Part shown: piece after piece, positions 37,925-47,888 of the stretch
How the letters are laid out: each line of letters opens with the position of its first letter
How positions within the stretch are numbered: position 1 is the first letter of the stretch
DNA from: a virus
Taxonomy: Duplodnaviria > Caudoviricetes
DNA: 53,591 nt
Direction: 5' to 3' (one strand)
IMG/VR virus record: IMGVR_UViG_3300020477_000033
Coordinates: 1-53,591 of that record
Notes under the pieces: generated by a model
Databases searched by the model: none
Seen by the model: only the letters and a program-made list of their open reading frames with translations
Told to the model about the DNA's origin: nothing
Made by a program: the position numbers and the translations under genes

Positions 37925-39409
37925 GTGAATAAACAAAAAATGTTATTAGAGATGCAACAGGATATGTTGTTGTTTGGTAGAATGGTAATGCCAAACATGT
38001 TTAGTGAGAATTCTCCACCCTTTCACTATGAAATTACTAAATACCTACAGGATGACGATATAAAACAATTAAATGTAATTGCTCCTCGTGGTCATGCTAA
38101 GAGTTCAGTAGTTGCTGGTGTTTACCCTTTATTCCATTTAATGTTTGATCAAGGTGTAAAAGTAATTGTATTAGTATCTAGAACACAACAACATGCTGTA
38201 AAGCTTTTAGGTACAATAAAAGATGTATTAGACTATTCACAAGAGTTTAGATACTTTTTTGGATATTGGGGGGCAAACTCTGCAAGAAAATGGACCAATA
38301 CAGAAATAGAGCTAAAAGACGGTTCTGTTATTATTTGTAAGGGTACAGGTCAGCAGATAAGAGGAATCAAACACGGAAACCAACGTCCTACTCTGTTGAT
38401 CCTTGATGACCCTGAAGATGAAAATAATACCAAAACTGCAGAAGCTATGGAATATAATCTCAGATGGTTATTGCAGAGTGGTGTCCCTTCTCTAGATCCT
38501 AAACGTGGAAAGATATGTGTTATTGGTACTCCCCAACACGAACGGTGTATGGTAGAAACACTAAAAGATATGAAGGGTTGGAAAAACTTTACATTTAAAC
38601 CAGACCTGGAAAATAATTTTGCTTTATGGCCTGAGGTATGGCCAGTCGATAAATTAAAACAAAAGAAAGAAGAATTAGATAGTATTAATCGTCTTTCTGT
38701 GTTTTATAGGGAATATTTATGTGAAATCGTTGGAGATGAAGATGCTTTGTTCAGACAAGAGTTTATTCAGACATACGATGGATTTATAGAAAGAACAGAG
38801 GAAGGGTTGTCGAACCTTGTCCTGACGAAGCTTAATGGTGAGGAAGTAGACATTGTTCGACCTGTAAATGTGTTTACAGGCATCGACCCTGCTTCTAGCA
38901 CTAAAAGTACTGCTGACTATTCAGTTATATTTAACTTGGCAGTAGATGAAGATAATAACAGATTTTGCTTACCATACTATAGAAAAAGAGCAACACCATT
39001 AGATTTAGCAGATGCTATTATACATAATTTTAAACAGTATAAAAGTCAAAGAACAAGGATTGAGGCTGTTGGATATCAGGAAATGTTAAGACAATATATT
39101 AAAGAACAATCTGAGCAACTGGGATTATTTATACCTGGATTAGAAATAAAAGAAAATCCTAGAACTAGAAAGTCTTTTAGATTAGAAAGTTTACAGCCAT
39201 TGTTTGCAAATTATAAAGTTTTCATAAAAGAAGATCAACAAGCCTTGTTAGATGAGCTATTATTATACCCTAGAGGTAAACATGATGACTTGTTAGATGG
39301 GTTCTTTTATGCTAATAAAAATTGCTATAGACCCCATCATGAAGCTAAAAAAGTATATGAAGAGCCAGAATATATGCAATTTACTAAAAAAAGTTGGAAA
39401 ACTCTGTAG
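37925..39409 (+). CDS. terL: Terminase large subunit
   Basis: APRGHAKS Walker A; LILDD Walker B; IGTP; GIDPA; HDDLLD. Confidence 0.95.
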   Translation: MNKQKMLLEMQQDMLLFGRMVMPNMFSENSPPFHYEITKYLQDDDIKQLNVIAPRGHAKSSVVAGVYPLFHLMFDQGVKVIVLVSRTQQHAVKLLGTIKDVLDYSQEFRYFFGYWGANSARKWTNTEIELKDGSVIICKGTGQQIRGIKHGNQRPTLLILDDPEDENNTKTAEAMEYNLRWLLQSGVPSLDPKRGKICVIGTPQHERCMVETLKDMKGWKNFTFKPDLENNFALWPEVWPVDKLKQKKEELDSINRLSVFYREYLCEIVGDEDALFRQEFIQTYDGFIERTEEGLSNLVLTKLNGEEVDIVRPVNVFTGIDPASSTKSTADYSVIFNLAVDEDNNRFCLPYYRKRATPLDLADAIIHNFKQYKSQRTRIEAVGYQEMLRQYIKEQSEQLGLFIPGLEIKENPRTRKSFRLESLQPLFANYKVFIKEDQQALLDELLLYPRGKHDDLLDGFFYANKNCYRPHHEAKKVYEEPEYMQFTKKSWKTL

Positions 39410-39416
39410 AAAAGAC

Positions 39417-39445
39417 TTGACAAGTCGATTATTTTTTAATAATTT
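39417..39445 (+). promoter_or_regulatory. Sigma70-type promoter upstream of portal
   Basis: TTGACA-17 bp-TAATTT; the -35 lies inside the palindrome GACTTG-A-CAAGTC. Confidence 0.55.
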
Positions 39446-39572
39446 ATCAGTAAAATTCTAATGTTAGAAAAAGAAGTTAAAAAAAAATATAAGTTCACAA
39501 TCAAAGATTTATTAAAAACTCTTGATGATTACGGAATTATACCTGAGGACTATATTGAGATAAAAAAAGATA

Positions 39573-41897
39573 ATGCCGAAAAAACCGAAGAACATAGCAG
39601 AAAACAGATTTCAGAATCCACTAGATAAAGATTTTACTTTTGGATATAAAAGAGGTTCAATACAGGACGAAACAATGACTCCTGAGGTTAAAGAAAGCAT
39701 TGAATTATTTGATGAATATAAAAGTTCTAGACAAATATGGGCTCAAGGATTTCAGGAAGCATTAGAATTTAGAGCTGGAGCACAGTGGTCTCACGAAGAA
39801 AAAGATATATTAGAATCACGTGGACAAGCACCAATAGTAGTAAATAGAATTCATCCTATTGTAGAAACTGCCAAATCTTTACTAACATATAACTCACCTC
39901 AATTTAGAGCTACTGCAAAAGAAGACTCTGATTCAAAAACAGCTAAAGTCTTTTCTGACTTATTTCAGCATATATGGCACTTTTCATCAGGTGATGAAGA
40001 ATTGAAAAAAACTATTGATGATTACTATGTAGGAGGAATGGGAGTATTTCAAGTTTATCAAGATCCAGGAGTGGATAATGGTAAAGGAGAAGTTATGATA
40101 AAATCTATTAATCCTTTAGATGTTTATATTGATCCTAATTCAAAAGACCCATACGCTAGAGATGCTTCAAATATTATAGTTTGTAAGCATATGACAGATG
40201 AAGTTGCTTCAAATATTTATCCATCATTTATGGATATTATTGAAAATTCATCTCCAGCTGTAATGGACGATGATGACTATCCTGCTACTGACTTAGCTGC
40301 TACAGAAGGTCAGATGTTTTATTCAGATGATCAATCAAAAAAACATACAAAACGTAAATATATGGAAAGATATTCTAGGGTATCACATCCGTATTATCAT
40401 GTTTATGAACCTTTTGCAAATGAAGAATTTATCTTTAATGAAGAAGAATACGGTGGTTATTTACAAAATTATTACTTTATTGTAAGAAAAGTAACTGGAG
40501 AAGAAGAGATAGTACATGATGATGCAGGTATAGCAATCCTTGCTCAACACATAGTAGATGTTGGACATGTATTTCACTTTAGATTACCAGATCCTAAATT
40601 TGATGAAATGGGAGCACCTATTCAGCAACAACCTGAAATAGTTCCAGGAGTAGAAAATTCAGATGGAATACCAGGATCTACTGTTCAATTAATTCCTATG
40701 TCTAAAGAAGAATTAATAGGAACAGGAAGAATTAAAGTAAACAATATATTAAAACCTTGCATAGAGCAAACAGTATCAGTTGGTCAATCACTTTTATACA
40801 CAAGAGTGCTTCCAACAGATGATTATCCTATTATACCTATGATGAATGTTCACCATAGAAATCCTTATCCTGATTCAGACGTTAGGCTTTATAGACCTTT
40901 ACAAGAATATATTAATAAGATACGTTCATTGATTATAGCTCATGCAAGTACAAGCACAAATGTAAAATTATTAATACCTAGAGGCTCAGCCGATCTTCGA
41001 CAAATAGAGTCGGAGTGGAGTAAAGCTGGAACCAGTGTTATCGAGTTTGATGCTGAGCTAGGTGCACCGATCGTTGCTGGTCCAGTTCCTCTGCCTAATG
41101 AACTATATAAAAATGAAGCTGATGCTAAATATGATTTAGAATACGGCTTTGGTATTTTTGAACTAATGCAAGGAAGCACATCAAGTGCTCCTTCTACCTA
41201 TAGAGGAACATTAGTTATTGATGAGTTTGGGCAGAGAAGAATTAAATCTCGTAGAGATGATATAGAAAACTTTTTAACTCAAGTTGCAAAAGTTGCAGTT
41301 CCATTAATGCAGCAATTATATACTGAAGAAAAAGTAATAAGATTATTACAGCCTAATGGCGAATTAGATGAACAAAGAATTAATTTTTATTCTGAAATGG
41401 AAGATGGAACAGTTAAAAGATTTCACGATGTTGGAGTAGGTAAATATGACATTCATATTGTATCAGGCTCTACATTACCAACAAATAGAATGGCATTATT
41501 ACAAACTTATCAAGAAATGTATCAAGCTGGATTAATAGACCAAGTTGAAGTATTGAAGAAATCAGAACTTGTAGATGTTGAAGGAGTATTAAATAGAGCA
41601 GGACATATTCAAAGATTAGAACAAATGGTGCAAGGATTACAAGAAGAATTAAAGAAGGTCAAGGGAGATCTTCAAACTGCTGAACGTGAAGAAATACATG
41701 CTAAGAAACGTTTAGAAGTAGAAAAATTCAGTGGCGACTTAGATAAAATATCGAATCGTGCTGACGCAAGTGCTAGCTTAATGAAGGCTAGGCTTAATGA
41801 TGCAAAAACAAATCTAATGAACTCTGTTACCCCTGAGGATACAACAAATGAAAACGACAATATGTTTAATGCGTTGACTGAGGATATGGAGAGTTAG
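39573..41897 (+). CDS. Portal protein (P22-like)
   Basis: F..GAQW, RGQAPIVVNRIHP, PLQEYINK motifs; follows TerL. Confidence 0.9.
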   Translation: MPKKPKNIAENRFQNPLDKDFTFGYKRGSIQDETMTPEVKESIELFDEYKSSRQIWAQGFQEALEFRAGAQWSHEEKDILESRGQAPIVVNRIHPIVETAKSLLTYNSPQFRATAKEDSDSKTAKVFSDLFQHIWHFSSGDEELKKTIDDYYVGGMGVFQVYQDPGVDNGKGEVMIKSINPLDVYIDPNSKDPYARDASNIIVCKHMTDEVASNIYPSFMDIIENSSPAVMDDDDYPATDLAATEGQMFYSDDQSKKHTKRKYMERYSRVSHPYYHVYEPFANEEFIFNEEEYGGYLQNYYFIVRKVTGEEEIVHDDAGIAILAQHIVDVGHVFHFRLPDPKFDEMGAPIQQQPEIVPGVENSDGIPGSTVQLIPMSKEELIGTGRIKVNNILKPCIEQTVSVGQSLLYTRVLPTDDYPIIPMMNVHHRNPYPDSDVRLYRPLQEYINKIRSLIIAHASTSTNVKLLIPRGSADLRQIESEWSKAGTSVIEFDAELGAPIVAGPVPLPNELYKNEADAKYDLEYGFGIFELMQGSTSSAPSTYRGTLVIDEFGQRRIKSRRDDIENFLTQVAKVAVPLMQQLYTEEKVIRLLQPNGELDEQRINFYSEMEDGTVKRFHDVGVGKYDIHIVSGSTLPTNRMALLQTYQEMYQAGLIDQVEVLKKSELVDVEGVLNRAGHIQRLEQMVQGLQEELKKVKGDLQTAEREEIHAKKRLEVEKFSGDLDKISNRADASASLMKARLNDAKTNLMNSVTPEDTTNENDNMFNALTEDMES

Positions 41898-41911
41898 AAA
41901 AGGAGAATAAA

Positions 41912-42820
41912 ATGGCACAAGACAGAAACGAAATATTGGACGAAACACAGGGACAACAACCAGAACAATCGACTGCAAACGAGTCTGGCATACAAGAAGA
42001 CATCTTTACTGAGATATTTGGAGGTCCTGCAGTAGAAGAGTTTGTTGCAACAGACACTTCTCAACAGCAGCCAGATAATCAGGAGGTGGCACCTTCGGAT
42101 TCAGTTCCAGTGAATGAAGATCCAAGGAGTGACGATAGCCAATTTCAATATTGGCAAAGTCAAGCAGATAAAAGGCAAGCGGAAGTAGATCTTTTAAAAG
42201 AGCAAGTAGCTCAATTATCAGAACAAAAAATACAACCAGAAGCTCAAGTTCAAAAGGAAACAGAAGTATCAAAACCTGTTAAACCTAGAAAACCTGCTGG
42301 ATTTAGTCATTCTGAAGCTCTAGATGATCCTGAGAGTGATTCTGCAAAGTATCTCTCTCAAAAAGATCAATACGTGGATGATTTAGCAGACTATATGGAA
42401 CATACAGAAAATCAAAGACAACAGTCTGCAGTGATGCAAGAAAAAGAAAGGCAAGTAGCTCTTCGTAACCAACAAGTTATGAGTGATTTACAAACTAGAC
42501 ATTCTTACAGTGCTGCTGAAGCTGCTGATTTCATAGAAGTCATGAATGATCCAAGTTCTATGTCTTTAGACAATTTAGTGCAATTACATAAGATACGAAG
42601 AGGTGCAAGAACACAAGCTGGCGTAAGTCAAGCCCAAGTTCAAAGGCAAGCTCAAGTTCAACAAAAAGTTGCAGAAATGGATAATAGACAAAAAAACTTA
42701 ACTGTTCCCCAGCCATTAGGGGTGCAATCTGGAGCTAGTGTGCAGTCATCAACAAAAGTGGAAGACCAAATGATGGATTCTATGATTCAAAATCATAAGA
42801 AAAGAAACCCATTTGGTTAA
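41912..42820 (+). CDS. Scaffolding protein
   Basis: Acidic Q/E-rich coiled coil with YWQSQADK; between portal and capsid. Confidence 0.75.
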   Translation: MAQDRNEILDETQGQQPEQSTANESGIQEDIFTEIFGGPAVEEFVATDTSQQQPDNQEVAPSDSVPVNEDPRSDDSQFQYWQSQADKRQAEVDLLKEQVAQLSEQKIQPEAQVQKETEVSKPVKPRKPAGFSHSEALDDPESDSAKYLSQKDQYVDDLADYMEHTENQRQQSAVMQEKERQVALRNQQVMSDLQTRHSYSAAEAADFIEVMNDPSSMSLDNLVQLHKIRRGARTQAGVSQAQVQRQAQVQQKVAEMDNRQKNLTVPQPLGVQSGASVQSSTKVEDQMMDSMIQNHKKRNPFG

Positions 42821-42850
42821 TTTAATATAAACTAAAAAAGGGGAAATAAC

Positions 42851-44311
42851 ATGAGTAATGTTTATACCAGTACTATTACAGGTGTTAACAATGCTTCTAA
42901 CGTCCAAGGTACATCTATCAATAATGATAGACGAATTTTTAACTTTGGCGATAGAGTTGCTGAATTAGCACCTGCTCAGTCTCCTTTCTTCACTTATTTG
43001 TCAATGGTTGCTAAAATACCTACAGACGATCCAGTGTTTAAGTTCTTAGAACAAAGACACCAGTGGCAACGTAGAAACTTCCAAATTGAAACAGCGGTTA
43101 CTTCAGATGCCGCAGGAGCCGATCATACTGGCTTAGATATTGCTTCAGGGAAGAATCTATACGTTGATTGTAAATATGACAAATTCGGAAGAAGTGTGAC
43201 AACACCAGTTGCTCCTGAGTTCTTACTTGCAGATCAAATCTTAGCTATCGAATGTGATTATGACGCAAACGCTAGTGGAGGAAATGATGCAGCAGAACCA
43301 GACGCAATTGCATATTATAAAGTAGGAGAGATCGAAAAAACAAGTTCAGCTAAAGTGAAAATCAAAACTGCAACTTTCTTAAAGTTAATGCTTAAACCAA
43401 CTCGTACAGCAGATGGTGAAGAAGCAGCAACTAAAGGAGAGCAAGATCCAGCAGATGCATCTAAATTAATTTTTAGAGAAAATGCAGATGGTCAAGTAAT
43501 TGGTTCAGCTTTTGCTGAGGGAACAAAAGACCCAGAGGGTTGGCACGATCAATTCTATAACAGAGAAGGATACTGTCAGATCTTTAAGACTGCAGTACCT
43601 CTATTCTCTGGAACTGCACTCGCTACTAGATATCGTGGTGTTTCAAATGAATACATGAGAGTGTATCAAGAAAAACTTATGGAACATAAGATGGATCTTG
43701 AACACGCTATGTTATTCGGTGTTGGAACAGACGACCTAGATACTGATGGCGGAGGCCCAATTCGTAGAACACATGGAATCGTACCTTACACTGAAATGAA
43801 TGGTAAAGTGAAAACTTTTGCATATGGTTCAGCTAATTACGATCACTTCATTGACGCTATGGAAGATGTCTTTGCACCAGAATCTGGAAACAGTGGTGAA
43901 AAGCTAGTATTAGCTTCAAGAAAAGTACTATCTTGGTTGAATAAACTAGGTGGTTCTTCATTCTTAGGTAATACAATGAGTGCTAACAGTATGACAGGAA
44001 GTGGAATTGACATGCAGAACGTAGATGGCCAATTTGGTCACCTTGTGACACGTGTATCAACTCTATATGGTAATCTAAACTTTGTTTTAGAACCACTATT
44101 TAGAGGATTCCATGAAGATACAGCTATCATGATCGATTTAAATAATGTAGCATACCGTCCTTTAATGGGTAACGGTGTATCACGTGATACTCAGATCATT
44201 ACTAACGTTCAAGACAGAGATGTTGACGGTAGAAAAGACATGATTCTTACAGAAGCAGGTCTTGAAATTCAATTACCAGAAACTCACACTGTATTGAAAT
44301 TTAACGAGTAG
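42851..44311 (+). CDS. Major capsid protein
   Basis: SPFFTYL, YCQIFK, EHKMDLEHAMLFG, TEAGLE (DUF5309-like pattern); codon bias of a highly expressed gene. Confidence 0.9.
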   Translation: MSNVYTSTITGVNNASNVQGTSINNDRRIFNFGDRVAELAPAQSPFFTYLSMVAKIPTDDPVFKFLEQRHQWQRRNFQIETAVTSDAAGADHTGLDIASGKNLYVDCKYDKFGRSVTTPVAPEFLLADQILAIECDYDANASGGNDAAEPDAIAYYKVGEIEKTSSAKVKIKTATFLKLMLKPTRTADGEEAATKGEQDPADASKLIFRENADGQVIGSAFAEGTKDPEGWHDQFYNREGYCQIFKTAVPLFSGTALATRYRGVSNEYMRVYQEKLMEHKMDLEHAMLFGVGTDDLDTDGGGPIRRTHGIVPYTEMNGKVKTFAYGSANYDHFIDAMEDVFAPESGNSGEKLVLASRKVLSWLNKLGGSSFLGNTMSANSMTGSGIDMQNVDGQFGHLVTRVSTLYGNLNFVLEPLFRGFHEDTAIMIDLNNVAYRPLMGNGVSRDTQIITNVQDRDVDGRKDMILTEAGLEIQLPETHTVLKFNE

Positions 44312-44330
44312 TATTCGTTAACATATAACT

Positions 44331-44353
44331 GGGGGGAGACCTAGTTTCCCCCC
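44331..44353 (+). terminator. Hairpin after capsid gene
   Basis: GGGGGGAGAC-CTA-GTTTCCCCCC. Confidence 0.6.
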
Positions 44354-44372
44354 TATATTAAAGGAGACAACG

Positions 44373-44951
44373 ATGAGTTGGAAGAGAAAAATAGGACAAA
44401 CAATTTTTGGGGCACCTAGACGTCCAGCTAGAGGAGTAAGATATACAAGCCCAAGAAGTTCATTAGATGAATTACAAAGTCAATCTGAAAAAATTAGAAT
44501 GGCAAGAAGATCAGGGCAACCTATGGATAGTGCATGGTCTGAATTAGCACGTAGAAGACCTTCACGTAAATTTTCAGATTCAATGAGACCAGTTTATGGT
44601 CCAGGACTTGGAAAAGAAGCTAGAAATCCAGATATGGGTAAAAGAATTGGCGATCTTACAAGAGGTTCTAGAACAAAAACAAAAGAACTAGAATACTATC
44701 CTGCAGCAAAAACTGATTTGGTAAAAGCATATAGATCAGGAAGAAGTGCTAAAAGAGGTGAACCAGGATATATTGATGAAGTATTTGGCTTTAGTGACGA
44801 TCCATATAAAGCTGGATATAAAGGCGATTGGAGTAATGACCCTCAATTAAAAGCTGTCACTGCTTATGAGAGGAACAAGACACTAGGAAATAGATTATAT
44901 GATCCTAGAGTTGATTTTATTCCAAGCAAACGAAAAGGACGTAAGGTATAA
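44373..44951 (+). CDS. Basic Arg-rich protein
   Basis: AAGGAG RBS, 192 aa. Confidence 0.7.
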   Translation: MSWKRKIGQTIFGAPRRPARGVRYTSPRSSLDELQSQSEKIRMARRSGQPMDSAWSELARRRPSRKFSDSMRPVYGPGLGKEARNPDMGKRIGDLTRGSRTKTKELEYYPAAKTDLVKAYRSGRSAKRGEPGYIDEVFGFSDDPYKAGYKGDWSNDPQLKAVTAYERNKTLGNRLYDPRVDFIPSKRKGRKV

Positions 44952-45796
44952 TGAGTTTTCTTACTGAAGTAGAAAGCATTACAGGAGCTTTAACTTCTGC
45001 TGAAAAAGATAATTTAAATCTTTATCTACCAGAAGGAGTTAGGTTTATTACTAGAGCATTATCTCAAAATGGTTCATTGGTGCATCAGTTTACTCAAGAG
45101 TCTGATGTAAATAATGGAAATGGATTTAGTTTAGACAATGTTATAAATATAACAGAAGTTGTTAGAAAAGACAATGATGGGACTAATTCTAAAAAACGAG
45201 AATGTCAAAGAGTAGCTAATAATAGAATATATGACTTAAGTGATGAGAATAGTATATATTATTCTAATAAATATGATCCTAAGTTTTATATTAAAAATGG
45301 TAAACTATATATATTTCCAGCACCAAATGCTAATGAATTTGGAGAAATACAATATATTTCATGTGATAGCAGTGTTACACATGCACAAAATTCTGGTGAT
45401 ATAGATAATTTTCCAAAAGAATACGAAAGAGGAGTTATTCTTTATGCTGCTATTCAATGTGTAAGAAAAAAAATGCATGATATTGGAGAACCTGATATTC
45501 AGGGAGGTTCAACTTTAACTGGTATAGAAGCAGGAGACGTAGAAACAGCTTCACACAGATTAGATTATCCTAAATGGTGGGATATGGTTGGTGATTATTT
45601 AGCAGATGAAGATGTTGAATTGGCGACTACTATGTTAAATAATATATCTTCATATTTAGGTGCATATCAAACTGAATTAGGGTCATCTACTTCTCAATAC
45701 CAGTGGCATGAATCTCAATATGTTAAATTACAACAAGAATTAATTCAATGGTTAGGAAATTATTTACCATTAGGATTACAAGGAGGAGAAGAATGA
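44951..45796 (+). CDS. Head-tail adaptor/tail tubular protein A-like
   Basis: P.FYIKNGKLYIFPAP and FP.EY...VILYAA motifs. Confidence 0.6.
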   Translation: MSFLTEVESITGALTSAEKDNLNLYLPEGVRFITRALSQNGSLVHQFTQESDVNNGNGFSLDNVINITEVVRKDNDGTNSKKRECQRVANNRIYDLSDENSIYYSNKYDPKFYIKNGKLYIFPAPNANEFGEIQYISCDSSVTHAQNSGDIDNFPKEYERGVILYAAIQCVRKKMHDIGEPDIQGGSTLTGIEAGDVETASHRLDYPKWWDMVGDYLADEDVELATTMLNNISSYLGAYQTELGSSTSQYQWHESQYVKLQQELIQWLGNYLPLGLQGGEE

Positions 45797-46071
45797 AACT
45801 ACAAAAAATGATAGAATTAGTTCAAAAACATCATCCAGATCTTGGAGTAAATGAAGTTATAACATTATTAAACCAAGCACAAGATGAATTTTGTGCAAGA
45901 ACTTTAATATTAGATGGTGCAACTAAATTTAATACAGCAGATGGAACAAGATACTATGGATTAAAAGATGAAATACTAGAGATTAAATCTGTAGATATGA
46001 AAAATTCAGATGGAGATACTTTTAACATTAAGAGGTTAGTAGGAAGGCCTCATTATAGGGATATTGACTAA
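45793..46071 (+). CDS. Head-tail adaptor-like protein
   Basis: LLNQAQDEFC..T motif; ATGA coupling at 45793. Confidence 0.55.
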   Translation: MKLQKMIELVQKHHPDLGVNEVITLLNQAQDEFCARTLILDGATKFNTADGTRYYGLKDEILEIKSVDMKNSDGDTFNIKRLVGRPHYRDID

Positions 46072-46484
46072 TGGCAACTACAAATTATAGCAGAATTTAT
46101 ACCAGAATTTCTAAACAGTATGTTTGGTGGATAGAACGTGATTCAATAGGGATAGCATTATACGATCCTTTAACAAGTGAAAAAAATAGGTTTAAGTCCC
46201 CTGATGCTGTTTATGAAATAACATTATTTTATTATAAAAAACCAACTGCACTTAAAACTTTAGATGTAGCTGGAGCTGACTTAACTGATGATCCTGATAT
46301 ACCAACTCAATTTCATCAATATTTAGTAGATAGAGCTATTCAATTAGGATATGAACAAGATGCAGATCCAAGAATGGCTCAATACTTTGAAATGAAATTT
46401 GAAAAAGGTGTTAAAGAAGGAAAAACTTTTGCTAATAGAGGAAGAGTAAGTGGGTCGTTTCAAATAAAACAACATGATATGTAA
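46071..46484 (+). CDS. Head-tail adaptor-like protein
   Basis: YYKKP...PDIPTQFHQYLVD.A motif. Confidence 0.55.
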   Translation: MATTNYSRIYTRISKQYVWWIERDSIGIALYDPLTSEKNRFKSPDAVYEITLFYYKKPTALKTLDVAGADLTDDPDIPTQFHQYLVDRAIQLGYEQDADPRMAQYFEMKFEKGVKEGKTFANRGRVSGSFQIKQHDM

Positions 46485-46780
46485 TGGCAAATAATTGGAA
46501 AAACGGAGAACTGGGATTACAGTATTTAAGTGCTGTTAATTCAACTTTTAATGAAACAATTGATTCATTTAATGATGATGTTAATTCTGAGTATACAAAT
46601 TTAAGTATTCCATCTAATCCAACATTTGCTAATGAATCATATGCATCAAGCAGTATTTATACAGATATTACTAATCCTGGTAATCCAACTTTTAGTTCAG
46701 TCGGAGGAAGTTCTGCTTCATTTTCGGATGTAAGCAATCCTTCTGAGCCAACATATGACAACGTAGGAGTAAATTATTAA
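46484..46780 (+). CDS. Ser/Asn-rich virion protein
   Basis: Repeated (N/E)PT(F/Y) units. Confidence 0.6.
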   Translation: MANNWKNGELGLQYLSAVNSTFNETIDSFNDDVNSEYTNLSIPSNPTFANESYASSSIYTDITNPGNPTFSSVGGSSASFSDVSNPSEPTYDNVGVNY

Positions 46781-47046
46781 TGGGTGGAAGCTTAACAAAA
46801 CCAAATAGAATTAAAGACGTTTATACTAAACTAGTATTTTATGATAATGGAAGTTTTAAAGTAGATAACGGATCAGCAGATGTAACTATTACTTCTGCAA
46901 CAAGTTTTAGTGGAGACACTAATTTACATGAGTTAGATGATATAAATCTAACAAGTCCAGCAGATGGAGCTGTATTAAGATATGATACAAGCAGTTCCAA
47001 GTGGATTGACGATAACACATTAGATGGCGGTAGCTATCAACCATAA
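46780..47046 (+). CDS. Tail-fibre-associated protein
   Basis: L..LDD...DGAVLRYD....KW fibre repeat. Confidence 0.6.
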   Translation: MGGSLTKPNRIKDVYTKLVFYDNGSFKVDNGSADVTITSATSFSGDTNLHELDDINLTSPADGAVLRYDTSSSKWIDDNTLDGGSYQP

Positions 47047-47060
47047 TGGGAGAATAAACT

Positions 47061-47876
47061 ATGGCGACAACAATACAAATTAAAAAAAGTGTATATGGTG
47101 CCAGTGCAGGTGCTCCAAGCTCACTTTTATATGGTGAATTAGCTTGGGATAACGCTGCTGGTAAACTATACATAGGTAAACAAACAGCAAGTGATACAGT
47201 AACAGTAACTGATTTAGAAGTTTCAGTTCCTGATGCAACATCAAGTGTTAAAGGTAAAGCATCTTTTTCTACAAATAATTTTACAGTTAGTAGTGGTGCA
47301 GTACAAATTAAAGATCTTGGAGTAGCAACAGCTGAATTAGCAGCTGATGCAGTTACTGGAGCAAAACTAGCAGATGATGCAGTAAACAGTGAACATATAA
47401 CTGATGGTTCCGTTGATTTAGCACACATGTCAGCTAATTCAGTAGATAGTGATCAATATGTAGACGGATCTATTGATACAGCACATATTGCAGATAATGC
47501 AGTTACTGGTGATAAATTAGCAGATAGTATTACAATTGCATCTGCTTTAACAGTTACTGGAGATTTAACAGTAAATGGTACAACTACTACAGTAAATAGC
47601 ACTAACACTACTTTAGATGATCCATTAATGGAACTAAATAGTGGAGCAGGAAGTAATGCAAATGATTGTGGTATTATTATAGAACGTGGTTCTACAGGAG
47701 ATAATGCTACATTATTTTGGGATGAAAGTGCAGATAAATGGACTTTAGGAACTACAACAGCAACAGCTTCTAGCACTGGTAATATGAGTGGATTTACTAA
47801 AGGAACATTAGTAGCTAATCTAGATACTACAACTATTACAAATGCTACAATTGACTGCGGTACATACGCTAACTAA
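47061..47876 (+). CDS. Tail fibre protein
   Basis: IQIKK...GELAWD N-terminus; 10-aa DAVT.AKLA-type repeats; GDLTVNGTTTTVN. Confidence 0.8.
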   Translation: MATTIQIKKSVYGASAGAPSSLLYGELAWDNAAGKLYIGKQTASDTVTVTDLEVSVPDATSSVKGKASFSTNNFTVSSGAVQIKDLGVATAELAADAVTGAKLADDAVNSEHITDGSVDLAHMSANSVDSDQYVDGSIDTAHIADNAVTGDKLADSITIASALTVTGDLTVNGTTTTVNSTNTTLDDPLMELNSGAGSNANDCGIIIERGSTGDNATLFWDESADKWTLGTTTATASSTGNMSGFTKGTLVANLDTTTITNATIDCGTYAN

Positions 47877-47888
47877 TAGGAGTAATTA

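Noticed and set aside
39461-39628. 55-aa ORF upstream of portal (and a 38-aa ORF at 37816..37932)
   Set aside because: Short, overlapping neighbouring genes and with no recognisable motif; possible but unsupported
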